A DNA stretch of 64,000 nt from Kudoa neothunni. Taxonomy: Eukaryota; Animalia; Cnidaria. Within the stretch, counting starts at the first letter, position 1, and each line of letters starts with the position of its first letter. The translations under genes and the position numbers were made by a program. Below, piece after piece: positions 14,579 to 25,445 of this stretch. The DNA lies in assembly GCA_964304625.1 (NCBI GenBank), contig OZ199839.1:5326898-5390897 (forward strand), written 5' to 3'. Below the pieces are notes generated by a model. It had not been told where the DNA came from, did no database searches, and worked only from the letters and a program-made list of their open reading frames with translations.

Positions 14579-16817
14579 CAGGGGTTCCCAACCGAAGGTA
14601 AATTAAATGACATCAAAATTAGATAGAGGAAATTTTTGCATAATGTGGTTTGTGACTTACTTAAGGATGTCTAAGGAATTATATTACTTAAGCTATTAAG
14701 CACATTTAGACGCGGTCAGAAATTCTCAAAATAGTTTAGGAATAATTATTTAACAACAATTTATAAAGTTAATATCAATCTCTTTCTTTTATATCTCGTT
14801 TATCTGTTAGGGATGTAGCCAAATAATAATACTTAAAATAGCTACTTGCATAGTAAATAATATTCCGGCGCCACTAATGTCGACTATTTTTAATTATTTA
14901 TGATCTTTAAGAGCGAAGGACTAGGTCAAAAATAATTTAATTTAACGAATTCTAAAAAATGAAATCTGTAGACAACTTGTGGATAAGCGCCGCTGGGATT
15001 AAAAATTGTCATTACACAGGCGGGCATGCCTTTTTGGATTAGAATTTGCCATGCAAATAGCCTCTGACTGAGTTAAACTAGTATATAACCTTAAAGTAAA
15101 TATGGATTTGACTTCCAAATTAAGGGGGTAAATATGAAAAAATGGTTGAAAACCTCTGCAATGCAATAGAAGGTTAATATCATCACTGCACCACAAACAA
15201 AATCTCTACCCGTCCAAATAGTGGTGCTTTTGAGTCGGGCTCATTATCCGCGAGTATTGGGCTGTAATCCCATTGTTAATCAATCCACTATTTCCATACA
15301 AGTATGTCTCCATTTCCTAATACCGGTTTTTGCATTCAAAGCCGGACTTGTTGCAGTCGAAACCGGAATACCATAGCTTGCGGTTAATGACAATTTTTTC
15401 TACGTATTTAATAACATTAGATAAACAAAGAGTTTATATGTATAATTACCAAATACACATATTATTTGAATCCAATTACGTTTGATATCCATAAGAAAAA
15501 AATATTGACCAAAGAATGCCTCCAAATACTGAAAATAGCCTTCTGGATTATGTTCAGCCAACTTTTTTGAAGCGTTCCTCCTATCTCCTCTAATAATCTT
15601 TTTAGGTGAATTAGTAGCCCTATATTTTGTAGCCAAATCACTTAGTGTTGACCTCGGAATTCATAAATCCTCGGAAACCTCCTTCTGGCCTTTCCTTTAT
15701 TAACGACAAGATAGCAAGCAAGAGCTCTCTTATCTTCAGGATGATGCATTTTTGTTGGCATTTTGAAGGCCTCTTGATTTAGATATAGTATCAATTGAGA
15801 CAAATCCAGTTTAAATTACAACGAATCCGGTTTTGGGTTTAAAGTTTGAAAACCGGTAGGAACTGTTGCTAGAGTACGATTACATTAAAGTGCAATTATA
15901 ATTTGATCTAACGGACACAAAGTCTCTGTATAGCCAAAATCCTATTGAATATTGGTTTTCCCTGAAACGAGGATGTTTAATGTGGATTAAAATCCCATAC
16001 TACTACCGCAGAAAGATAAGTGGCGAGAGGATAGATGCTATTCACCCAGCACTAATGTGGGTACTAACCTCCACAACCCAATAAAAGTTGTGCCAGAGAT
16101 TTGATCTTGAAACAAAAATAATGATTTTCACAAGTATTCTCATGTTAATTGAGAACAGTTTTTAAAATTGATCAATTTATAATTACCCAAGTTTATTTAA
16201 ATTTTTAAAATTAAAATATTTGTACCAAACTATTGTAAATACAAAACATTTTGCACAAACACAAATCTAATTTATAATTTATCTCAGAGGGTTAGAAAAA
16301 TCAATATTCCACACCATTCTATGTGAATTTATATAAATTTATGAACCATCTTCACCACTTCTCAAACAATTTCATCAGAGCCATGTAAACCTGCGGCTCC
16401 TCACCTTATGTACATAATACAAACGATAATATCTAAGGTTAGAACACGAAGAAATTATATAATTCTCAGTCGTTGAACTCAATATTACGTTAAAATTTTG
16501 AATTATCATCAGACTAAATCATTTTTTAATGGAAATATATGGGTAATGAAAAAATGTATGATACTCTAAAACATCATCAACTTTAATTAATTTTCTTAAT
16601 TCTCACCCTACAATTTAAATACAGAATTATAGAAAGAAAAGATTCAGAAAAAACAAATAACTTAAAATTATTAAGAATTTCTCATAGAACATTGTCCTAT
16701 TCATCTGCAATTATTAACGAGATATAATAACTCTGTGTTCACAATTTTATCTGCGTTTTTAAATCAACAAATTATTTTTTGTCGCTAATAAAAACTTCTT
16801 CTTAATACAAAGGTTAA

Positions 16818-16969
16818 TGTTAGATATATATATTCTTTTATATTTGACTTATGCTCGATATTAATCGTTTTGTGTCGTGTCTTGCAAAAGTGTTTCTATG
16901 GCGCTAACCAGGATGAGTGCGAAACAGGATACAGCGGGAGACTCAATGAATGAGGGAGCCGAGACAACA
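16818..16969. mobile_element. Candidate solo LTR (152 bp)
   Basis: TGTT...AACA ends, richer in GC than its flanks and absent from the homologous hAT copy; no clean TSD. Confidence 0.45.
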
Positions 16970-17072
16970 TAATATTAAACTGAATCTCCATATGTAACGG
17001 TGGAGTTAGTTGCGCTGTCGATAGGAGAAGCCATGATAAAATATACTCGAAAAGTAATCTACCTAGATATCA

Positions 17073-18490
17073 CTAATCTAAATCCGGTTGACGCGTGTCA
17101 TCCGTTACATTCCCCCCTTGGGAAGATCGGGACATATATGATTTGATGTTGTTTCTGTGGACAGTAGTTGGGAGATTGTCAATACTAATTGTATAAGTGG
17201 AGGGTCCATGTCTTTTAAGGACTACGTAAGGTCCTGACCACTTATTGGTAGCTGGGTTTTTGTAAACAACACTAGATTGGACTTGGATGGGTTTAGGAGG
17301 ACTTGCATTGTTGTAGTTTCTTGAGTTTTTGGATGATGAATTGGTTAGGCTTTTGAGTGCAATTGCATGTGTGCGTGAAAGTTCACGTTTGAGATTTTTT
17401 AGGTATGACAGAGTGGTAGGAGAATTGTTCATGTTATCATTGGGCAGAATGGGTGTGAGAGCAAAGTTGGGTTTTTTACCGTAGATAAGTTGAAAGGGAG
17501 AAAAACCAGTTGATTCATTGGTATGATTATTATAATGGTTCACTAACATTTGGAGATGGATGTCCCATAAATTGGGTTCGTCGAGCTTCAGTAGCATATG
17601 CTTAAGAGTTCGGTTGAAACGCTCCACGGCGCCATTGCCCTGAGGATGGTATGGTGTAGTATGGGATAGCTCGATGTTGAGATCACGGCAGATTTGTACG
17701 ATAATATTTGAAACGAAGTTCCTACCATTGTCGCTGTGTATACGTCTAGGCTTACCGAATTTGCATAATATTTCCTGGATGAGTTTGTCACAAATTGTCT
17801 CTGCTCTTAAATCAGCTAGTGGAATGGCTATGGCGAATTTGGTGAAAAGATCCACACAGCAGAGTATATATCTATTAAGATTATCGGTGCGATTGAAAGG
17901 TCCAATGATATCCCATTCCATTAATTGAAAAGGGAAGGTAGCTTTTAGTGGGATTAAGTTGGATTTTTCGGAAGACCATGGATTCAATTGGCAAGTTTTA
18001 CAAGAACGCACATAATTTCGGGTTTCGATTTCGTAGCCGGGCCAAAATGCGTTGTCTCGTAGCATCGAAAATGTTTTGAAGAACCCGGGATGGCCAGATT
18101 GATCATGAAATCTGTCCAAGATTTTAGCGCGCATTTGAAGTGGGATGAAAAGTTGATTGATTTCTCTATTTTCGGCTTTCAGAGTCCTCACCAAGAGGCC
18201 ATCTTTGAATCGGTAAACTCTCTTACCTTTGTATTTATTTTGTTCAATGGATTTTGCGATGCTCGATATAGTTATGTCCTCTTTTTGGGCCGATATCCAC
18301 TTGTCTACTGGTAGGGATAGGAAATGGACTGATATAGCATTTGATTCGCACGGTGTTCTCGATAAAAAGTCGGCTTCTACATTATCAGGGCCACGTTTGT
18401 AGACTATTTCTAGGTCGTAGTTCTGGAGAAATAGCAGCCAACGGGATATTCTACCGTGAGAGTCTTTGATGGTTTTCAGGTGAGTTAGGG
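17073..18490 (-). CDS. End of RNase H plus integrase (continuation of pol in the -1 frame)
   Basis: PLTHL...RWLLFLQNYD...NVEADFLSR; HHCC (HDQSGH...CKTC); D-D-E (WDIIG, SDNG, VERFN); GPY/F module (WSGPY...VHRNNIK). Confidence 0.95.
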
Positions 18491-20827
18491 GTTGTGATCC
18501 GTCCATACTTTGGTTCTTTTGCCGTAGACATATTGGTGAAATGTTTTGAGTGCATGTACTAGCGCTAGTGCTTCTTTTTCGAAGGTGGAATAATTAATTT
18601 CGGATTTATTGAGGATACGGCTGGCATAACGTATGACATGTTTCTTGCCATTCACTTCCTGATAGAGTACTGATGCGATGGCTGTGTCTGAAGCGTCGGT
18701 GGAAATTGTGAAATTTTTATTCAGGTTAGGAAGACTGAGTAGTGGCGAGGATGTTAACAAATGTTTGATGTTACTTATTCGATTAATAGCTTCGGTGGAT
18801 AATTCAAAGGGTTTTGTAGAAATGGCATTGTAGAGGGGCTGTGCTATGCTAGCAAAGTTTGGAATTAGGTCGCGGTAATAGTTTGCGAAGCCAATGAATG
18901 ATTGGAGGCGTTTGGGTGTATTGGGAATGGGTATGTCAGCTACTGATTTGATTCTATCAGGATCAGGTGTGATTCCATCTTTTGAGATTACGAAGCCGAG
19001 ATATTTGATTGACGTTACCTTATAAATGCATTTTTTTGTGTTGGGTTTCCAGTTGAATTCTGTGAGACGCTTCATGATTAATTTGAGATGTTCATCGTGC
19101 TCGTTAGAAGAGGAGGAATAGATTAGGATATCGTCAAGGTAAACGTGACAGAATTTCCCAATGTAGTCATTCAAAGTTTCGGTCATGGCTCTTTGGAATG
19201 CAGATGGGGCTGTTACCAAACCAAATGGCAACACATTAAATTCGTAGTGGCCAAAGGGAGTGGAGAAAGCGGTCGCATATTTACAATTCTCGTGGAGTGG
19301 TATCTGCCAGAATCCGGATTTGAGGTCGATTTTTGAAAAGTAGGTGGCAGAAGAGAGGGTGGAGATAATGTCATGGAGTAATGGTATGGGGAATTGTTCC
19401 GAAACTATCTGAGAGTTGAGTTTCCGATAGTCTACACAGAATCTATATTCATTGTTGCGCTTCTTGACGAGGAGCACTGGGGATGAATACGGACTGTTAC
19501 TTTTACGTATTACACCATCGTTGAGCATATTATCTATCTGCTCCTTAAAAATTGGGGAGAGGGCGAAAGGGATTTTCCTGGTGGAGATGTGAAAGGGGTT
19601 ATCGGCGAATTTGAAACAGTATGGAGGAACTTTTGCGTGATCCTGTTTCGGGGCGATTGAACATGTATTCCCACGTACTGCAGGGAGTGTTATGGAACCA
19701 TTCTGGCAGGTGATGAGGGCAGCATGTGCAGACAAAAAATCGCGACCAAGGATGCAATCTGTTACCAGATTATGACATACAACCATTCTCCATTTGAAGA
19801 CCTTTCCATTTAGAGAGAATTCGACGATGCTAGTACCAATGGTTTCCATTTGCTTCCCGCCTGCGGATGTAAGACTAATTTTGTCAGGGTGCATTTCCAC
19901 ATCGAAGCCGTGTCTTATAATTGATATGGAAGATCCAGTGTCAATCAGAGCAGTTGCAACTCTAGTTCCGATTTCAATTGGTATTGTAAAATTTTTAGAC
20001 AAGTCAAACTGCGCTGAAGAAACAAAAAACGAATAATTGGCCTCATCCGAAACAGATTCATTAAAATTGATACAGTTAATGTTATTTGTATGTTTGCTAT
20101 TGCATATATATGAGAGGTGTCCCCTCTTGTGGCAGGTTTTACATATTGCAAAACCTTTGCACTCTTTGGTTGAGTGATTATTTGAGCCACATTTTTTGCA
20201 AGATCGTTTCTTGTATTTGGATTTCCTCTCGCCGTACGAGGCTGCTGCAGTGTGATTTGGAATATTTAGCTGTTCCTCAACCGATTGGATCAGCTCAGGA
20301 AGTGCTTGGGGTTTCGAAGCAACGATAATACGTTTGATGTACTCAGGCAACGACTTCGTGCATTGGTCCATAACTAGAGTTCTAGCGGTGTCTTCGTCGA
20401 TAGAGGGTAGGGCCTTGCGAAGCAAATTGTTCACTCCGAAGCAGAATTCAGCAAAGGGGGTGACATTGTCCCACGTCGAACTGTAGAACGATTGAAGGGA
20501 CAATGCGGAAGAAGTGATAGGGCGATATGTATTATTTAACAGCTCCACCATAAGGTTGAATGTATCCCTCGTTGGTCGGTACATATTTATACCGTTGGTC
20601 TCGATCAAATCGAGGATGGTATCTCCGAGGTACAAGGGAAAATTCCTAGCTTTGTCCAGGTCATTCCAGTTGCTAGCTAGTGCAAGGAGCATAAAAGAGC
20701 GGTGGAACTTGGCGAAGTTATCGGCGGCGCCGGTAAATTTCTTGAGTGGCGGTGGCTTAACAGAGTCAACACCCCTGTCACCAGATGTAACGGTGGAGTT
20801 AGTTGCGCTGTCGATAGGAGAAGCCAT
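18485..20827 (-). CDS. Gag-protease-RT-RNase H polyprotein
   Basis: Two CCHC knuckles, LIDTGS protease, RFCVDYRKLN and YLDDILI RT motifs, TDAS/EKEALA RNase H; ends at TDHNP* because of a frameshift. Confidence 0.95.
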   Translation of the reverse strand: MASPIDSATNSTVTSGDRGVDSVKPPPLKKFTGAADNFAKFHRSFMLLALASNWNDLDKARNFPLYLGDTILDLIETNGINMYRPTRDTFNLMVELLNNTYRPITSSALSLQSFYSSTWDNVTPFAEFCFGVNNLLRKALPSIDEDTARTLVMDQCTKSLPEYIKRIIVASKPQALPELIQSVEEQLNIPNHTAAASYGERKSKYKKRSCKKCGSNNHSTKECKGFAICKTCHKRGHLSYICNSKHTNNINCINFNESVSDEANYSFFVSSAQFDLSKNFTIPIEIGTRVATALIDTGSSISIIRHGFDVEMHPDKISLTSAGGKQMETIGTSIVEFSLNGKVFKWRMVVCHNLVTDCILGRDFLSAHAALITCQNGSITLPAVRGNTCSIAPKQDHAKVPPYCFKFADNPFHISTRKIPFALSPIFKEQIDNMLNDGVIRKSNSPYSSPVLLVKKRNNEYRFCVDYRKLNSQIVSEQFPIPLLHDIISTLSSATYFSKIDLKSGFWQIPLHENCKYATAFSTPFGHYEFNVLPFGLVTAPSAFQRAMTETLNDYIGKFCHVYLDDILIYSSSSNEHDEHLKLIMKRLTEFNWKPNTKKCIYKVTSIKYLGFVISKDGITPDPDRIKSVADIPIPNTPKRLQSFIGFANYYRDLIPNFASIAQPLYNAISTKPFELSTEAINRISNIKHLLTSSPLLSLPNLNKNFTISTDASDTAIASVLYQEVNGKKHVIRYASRILNKSEINYSTFEKEALALVHALKTFHQYVYGKRTKVWTDHNP

Positions 20828-20944
20828 GATAAAATATACTCGAAAAGTAATCTACTTAGATATCACTAATCTAAATCCGGTTGACGCGTGTCATCCGTTA
20901 CACCATAAAATAAATTTTTCGCGTATTATACAAAATACATTGTA

Positions 20945-22513
20945 CAGTCGAACCTCGATTATCCGGAAGAAATTTTAAATTTTATTTGGATTTGATTGAC
21001 ATTACGTGTCGATAAATGTTCGAATATCGGGAAGAACTATTTGATCATATTTCCGGATAAAAGTAGCAACCATCATAGTATAACATATACAATGTGGTAT
21101 ATATATCAATGCAATATTTAAAACAAAAATATTTTTAGGTTTTTTATTAGTAAATTTCCTTTTAAAACGTAAGTTAAGCATTCAGTTCTGATACAAATTT
21201 GTACTCTATCTAATATATATGTCTGTATGTGTATTGAACAAAAATAAATTATCGATTATTTAAAAAAGCAGATTACCCCTCTGTAGACGTGTAAAAATTG
21301 CCATAATTATGTACTGTTTTTCCTTTAAATCTCCATATTCTTAGTTAATAGATATGTCGACATTTTTAATTTAAAATAGTTTACTTAATAAGTAGTAAAA
21401 AAATTGTTTATTAGTCAAATAAACAATCCTTTAAGTAGAATTTAAAAAACCGCGCTCGCACAATACTGTTTAAGTTTGATTGACCCCAGGACTTTTTAAT
21501 TTTTTAAACAGCTACATACATTTAGTCCGTCTAGTTGTTATACTTATTGTATGTATTTAATAAAAATTCGGTGATGGGATTTCTACCACAGCTAAGTTAC
21601 GATTAAAAGCTTACACCGCTCATAAACCATTCATTATCCATGTTATTTGTATATCAATGGATATAATGTCTTAAACAGAAAGATATCATTATGTTATAAG
21701 TTATAACATTTCCAAGGAGATAACGATAATAATAGAACATCTAGTTGAGTTTCAACGAGAACATTAATTTAAGTACGAGACGCCGAGCATTCGATGATTA
21801 CAATCTCCGGCGGGGTTCGATAATGATAATACGTGTATGCAACTGTAGATTATAATTTGATCTTTGATTATTAAACAGGGGGCGCCCTTCCCAACCAACA
21901 TATAATTATTCAGATTTGGAGACTATAAAACATATTTTTAGTAAAAAATAAATATATTTTAAGGCTAATGGCGGATTTTTTTGACATTTTTTTTATTCAA
22001 AGTAAAAATTCGATGTATGCCATTCTTCATTATATTGTTTGCTGACATCTCTTCTAAAGGATAATCTCTGGATAATAATCGTATCGGAACGGAGTTCATC
22101 GGCGCGAATCCCAAAAATGCATTTATTACGCTTCTAATAATGCTCTAATACTTGTTACCCGGAATTAATGTCATTAGCTTTCTTTATAATATGTATTATT
22201 TTGATATCAATTCGTAACAACTACAGTTAAGTGAAGTAACGAGCATATCGCTTATTAAAAGTAAAATATTTAAATCAGTGAATACACTTTTTTCTTCGTA
22301 ACTTTATAATTATCAATTACAGATTGCAATTAAATAATCCAGAATTTTTGAGACCTCTCATTTAATTCAATATGTGAAAAAAGTCAATCAATCGAAATTG
22401 AGGTCACAAATGACCCCAGTTGGTGCCACGAGGGTTAACGGGAACCTCGCTATCTCGTGATCCGGAAAGAAAATCGTCGGTCCCAAATTTCCCGGATAAT
22501 CGAGATTTGACTG
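20945..22513. mobile_element. pogo/Tigger non-autonomous element containing a piggyBac-like fragment
   Basis: TA|CAGTCGAACCTCGATTATCCGG ... CCGGATAATCGAGATTTGACTG|TA; internal ...GAGGGTTAA end at ~22438; left part homologous (inverted) to 35470-35824. Confidence 0.75.
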
Positions 22514-23379
22514 TATTCGCGTGCATTCACAACTTTTTTTAAACTTTTAAATTAGACTTAAGGAAGTGTTGATAGTTATACATACATTTACATTAAATGT
22601 TATCCATTACTGAGAATTCTCTTGTGATATTAAACGTTCTTCGGTTAAATACGGAGAAAACCCCATATAAATTATCGGTTGAAATAAATTGTTAAAAATC
22701 CACTAAAAATAAACTTATTCTTTCAAGTTAAAATTTTCCTTTTGTTTACGATAATACTATTCATGAGGATAGATTTTTTACCGTATATTTGTCGCAAAAA
22801 GTTAATTGTAGAATTACTAATTCATCATGTGGGGAAATTATTAAAAATGAAAGTTCAATATTGTTTAAGGTAATCCGACAAATTCAATTGCATATTCTTT
22901 TAATTTTATTATTTCCGCCTGCATTAAATATATTAATAATTAAAACAATAGGTTAATTAATTATAAAAACGCATGGATAGGATAGACTAATTGAATAATT
23001 TTTCCAGATTTTTCCGAAATGTATGTTTCCATGGTTTCAATGATAAATATTTTGACTTTATATTTAATGTGCGACTTCGTGAATGAGGAAATTTTTCCAT
23101 CACCAACAATTGGACCTTCCGGTCAGATCGGTTGCCGACCCTGACACGGACGATAAAAAATCGGCAATACTTCCGCGTCTTTAATATATCGCGCGCAGTC
23201 TCAACACAATTAAACGTTATAAATCGATCACGCTCGCTCAGCTCCGAAAAACAATGATGATGTCGCTGCACGCTAGATTTTTTAATGTGAAGAACGCGGT
23301 GCACAGGGGCCATCTGAGTTTTTAAATGGAAATAAAATAAACATTAAACCATAATACAAACGTATGCATAGGTAAATGT

Positions 23380-24946
23380 CTAATGTTCATCAGATTTGTC
23401 GGGATTTTCGGCGTTGGTGTCAGCAGCAGCGGCAGCAGATTCAATTGAGGGTAGCTCATTTTTGGCATTTTCGTCAACATGTGGTGGTGAGTCATCTTTG
23501 GATACAGTCGAATTAATGTTGCTGGCAGTGTTAGGCTCTGTGTCAGGGTTAGAATCAGTCAGGTTTGTTGTAGATGCGTCAGCTGAAGTGGATTGTTGAG
23601 TTTCTGTGGTCATCTCCGGGTTGCTAACATTAACTGTAGAGGCGGCAGCGGCCGAGTATGCATATTGTTGATATTGTTGGTAGTAGGAAGCCCACGCAGC
23701 AGCGTATTCTTCGGGTGTCATGTTGGCATAATAACTGGCTACATTAGGATCAACAGCCTGAGCATCCGCTGTCCCCGCAACCTGGGCGGCCCACATGCCT
23801 TGTTGTTGGTAGTACAGACTGGGATCATAATTGGCGGCCGCACCATACGGGTCACTCCAAGCGGGTTGAGCAGGCGCATACGAAACCAACACATTGGTTG
23901 GTGGTTGTAAAGGGTTGACGTTATTCTCTCCAGCTTTGTCTATCATCATTTGTCTGGCACGATCAATCTGCTCTTTTGCTCCTAACTCATAGTCAGCAAA
24001 TGTAAGTAAGAGATGGAGGACGGTCGCTCAGCAACACGTACCAGAAATTAAAAAAGTTTTAGTTTGGCCATTATCAACAACACCCTTGTTAAATTCGATA
24101 TGGGTGCCGGTAGACTGCATGATAAGTTGCAAAAACTCGCCACCCCTTCCAACAATCATTCCAGCTTTGCTCGCAGTTACAACAACCTCGTAAAGCTCGG
24201 ATCCCTCAGCTAACACAATGTTCATGGTTTGAGGTGAGTTTTTCCGGATAACCTAAACCACATGTTATCGATTCAATTTAAGTACAAATAACAACTACCA
24301 TTTCAACAATCTCACGAACTCTTTGTTGTGCCGCTTGGATTTCATGTGGAAGACCCTCAAAGATACACACACGCTCACCATTTTTGGCTAATGGTTCCGC
24401 ATAACCAGTTTCTAAATGGCATTATCATAGCTTGATGTGGATTGAATAAAAAAACCAACTTTCAGGGTTGAAATGAACACGACAGTTGGTTTCGGAAGAA
24501 ATCTTTTTGATAGTCTCACCGCCTCTCCCAATAATGAGACCAACACAATCTTGAGGTACAGTCACTTCAACTTTGGTTGTTCCTGGTGGACCAGACGGAT
24601 ACTATAATCGCACACAACATTGACATTCGATAAAAAAATCCCATAGGCTGACCTTATCTTTATCAGAGAGAAAATCCGTGATAAGTCGTTTTGCTTCTTC
24701 GACTCTTGATTTCAAACCTTGGAAAGTCAATAGTTTCTCCGGAGCATTCGCGTATTCTCCATCTTGAATCATATACATTTTACATTGGGTTCTTTCTTGG
24801 AAATTTCTGATGGTCTCGCCTCCTTTGCCGATCACCAACCCAACAAATGAGGTTTGAATAAGCATTGAGTCGGACACAATCTCATCTTCCGTCTACAATA
24901 AAACAATCAAAATTAAAGTAAAATCACACAAAATCCCCCACATATA

Positions 24947-24978
<32 letters not shown>

Positions 24979-25445
24979 AATATATAAACTGCAAAAACAT
25001 ACAATATAATCAGTGGCCCCACCCTTCGATACTATATTATGTCTATAAAACACGTTAGATATGAAATTATCAAAGCAATTAAGAAACTTTTGTGATATCG
25101 ATTGAGCGATCAATTGAGCCTGAAGAAACTTTCTATCAACTTCATCTAAATCTCATCAAGAAAACTGCAATTTCTACACGCTCGTACTATCCGGCCCCAT
25201 TTTTCTCGGAGGTTCATCATTTGAAACAACTACTCACATTAAAAACTCCAAAATCATCTCAAAACTCACCACTAGTGTTTACTGCAGGCGCTGCACCTTG
25301 TAACTTCATGGCTATCTTTATCGGCTGATAACAATAACAATACACAGCTAAATATAACTTCTCTTGCTCGTTTGAGAGCACTATTAAATTGAGAGCTCAT
25401 TTCTTCGGGCACTTTTGGCACATCCGCAGATGAAGGATCGTCCAT
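23380..25445 (-). CDS. Far-upstream element-binding protein (FUBP/KHSRP/PSI)-like, three KH domains
   Basis: N-terminal box FNSALKRARE|IAMKL; KH motifs VGLVIGKGGETI...CKMYMIQDG, VGLIIGRGGETI and AGMIVGRGGE; C-terminal Y-motif EEYAAAWASYYQQ. Introns are GT-AG; exact splice points of the small 5' exons are uncertain. Confidence 0.9.
24942..24985. repeat. (TA)n microsatellite in a FUBP-like intron
   Basis: Directly visible; explains the spurious YIYIYI ORF. Confidence 0.9.

Larger units (their letters stand above)
16993..20902 (-). mobile_element. Ty3/gypsy LTR retrotransposon, full-length and young (3910 bp)
   Basis: 117-bp LTRs at 16993-17109 and 20786-20902 with one mismatch and TGTAACGG...CCGTTACA ends. 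5-bp TSD CCATA at 16988-16992 and 20903-20907. PBS TGGTGACAGGGGTG after the 5' LTR; PPT CAAGGGGGGAA before the 3' LTR. Confidence 0.97.
16376..23143. mobile_element. Old non-autonomous hAT (Charlie/Buster-like) element split by nested insertions
   Basis: Segments 16376-16817, 16970-16992, ~20908-20930 and 22516-23143 are colinear with the uninterrupted copy at 58721-59819; right end GGTTGCCGACCCTG. Confidence 0.7.

Noticed and set aside
17588-20978. Small alternative-frame and antisense ORFs over the retrotransposon
   Set aside because: Shadow ORFs of a GC-richer coding region; no motifs.
22987-23313. 108-aa ORF or possible U3-like ncRNA (GAGCGTGA) downstream of FUBP
   Set aside because: Half of it is the hAT terminus and the rest is probably 3' UTR; no U3 box A/A' found.
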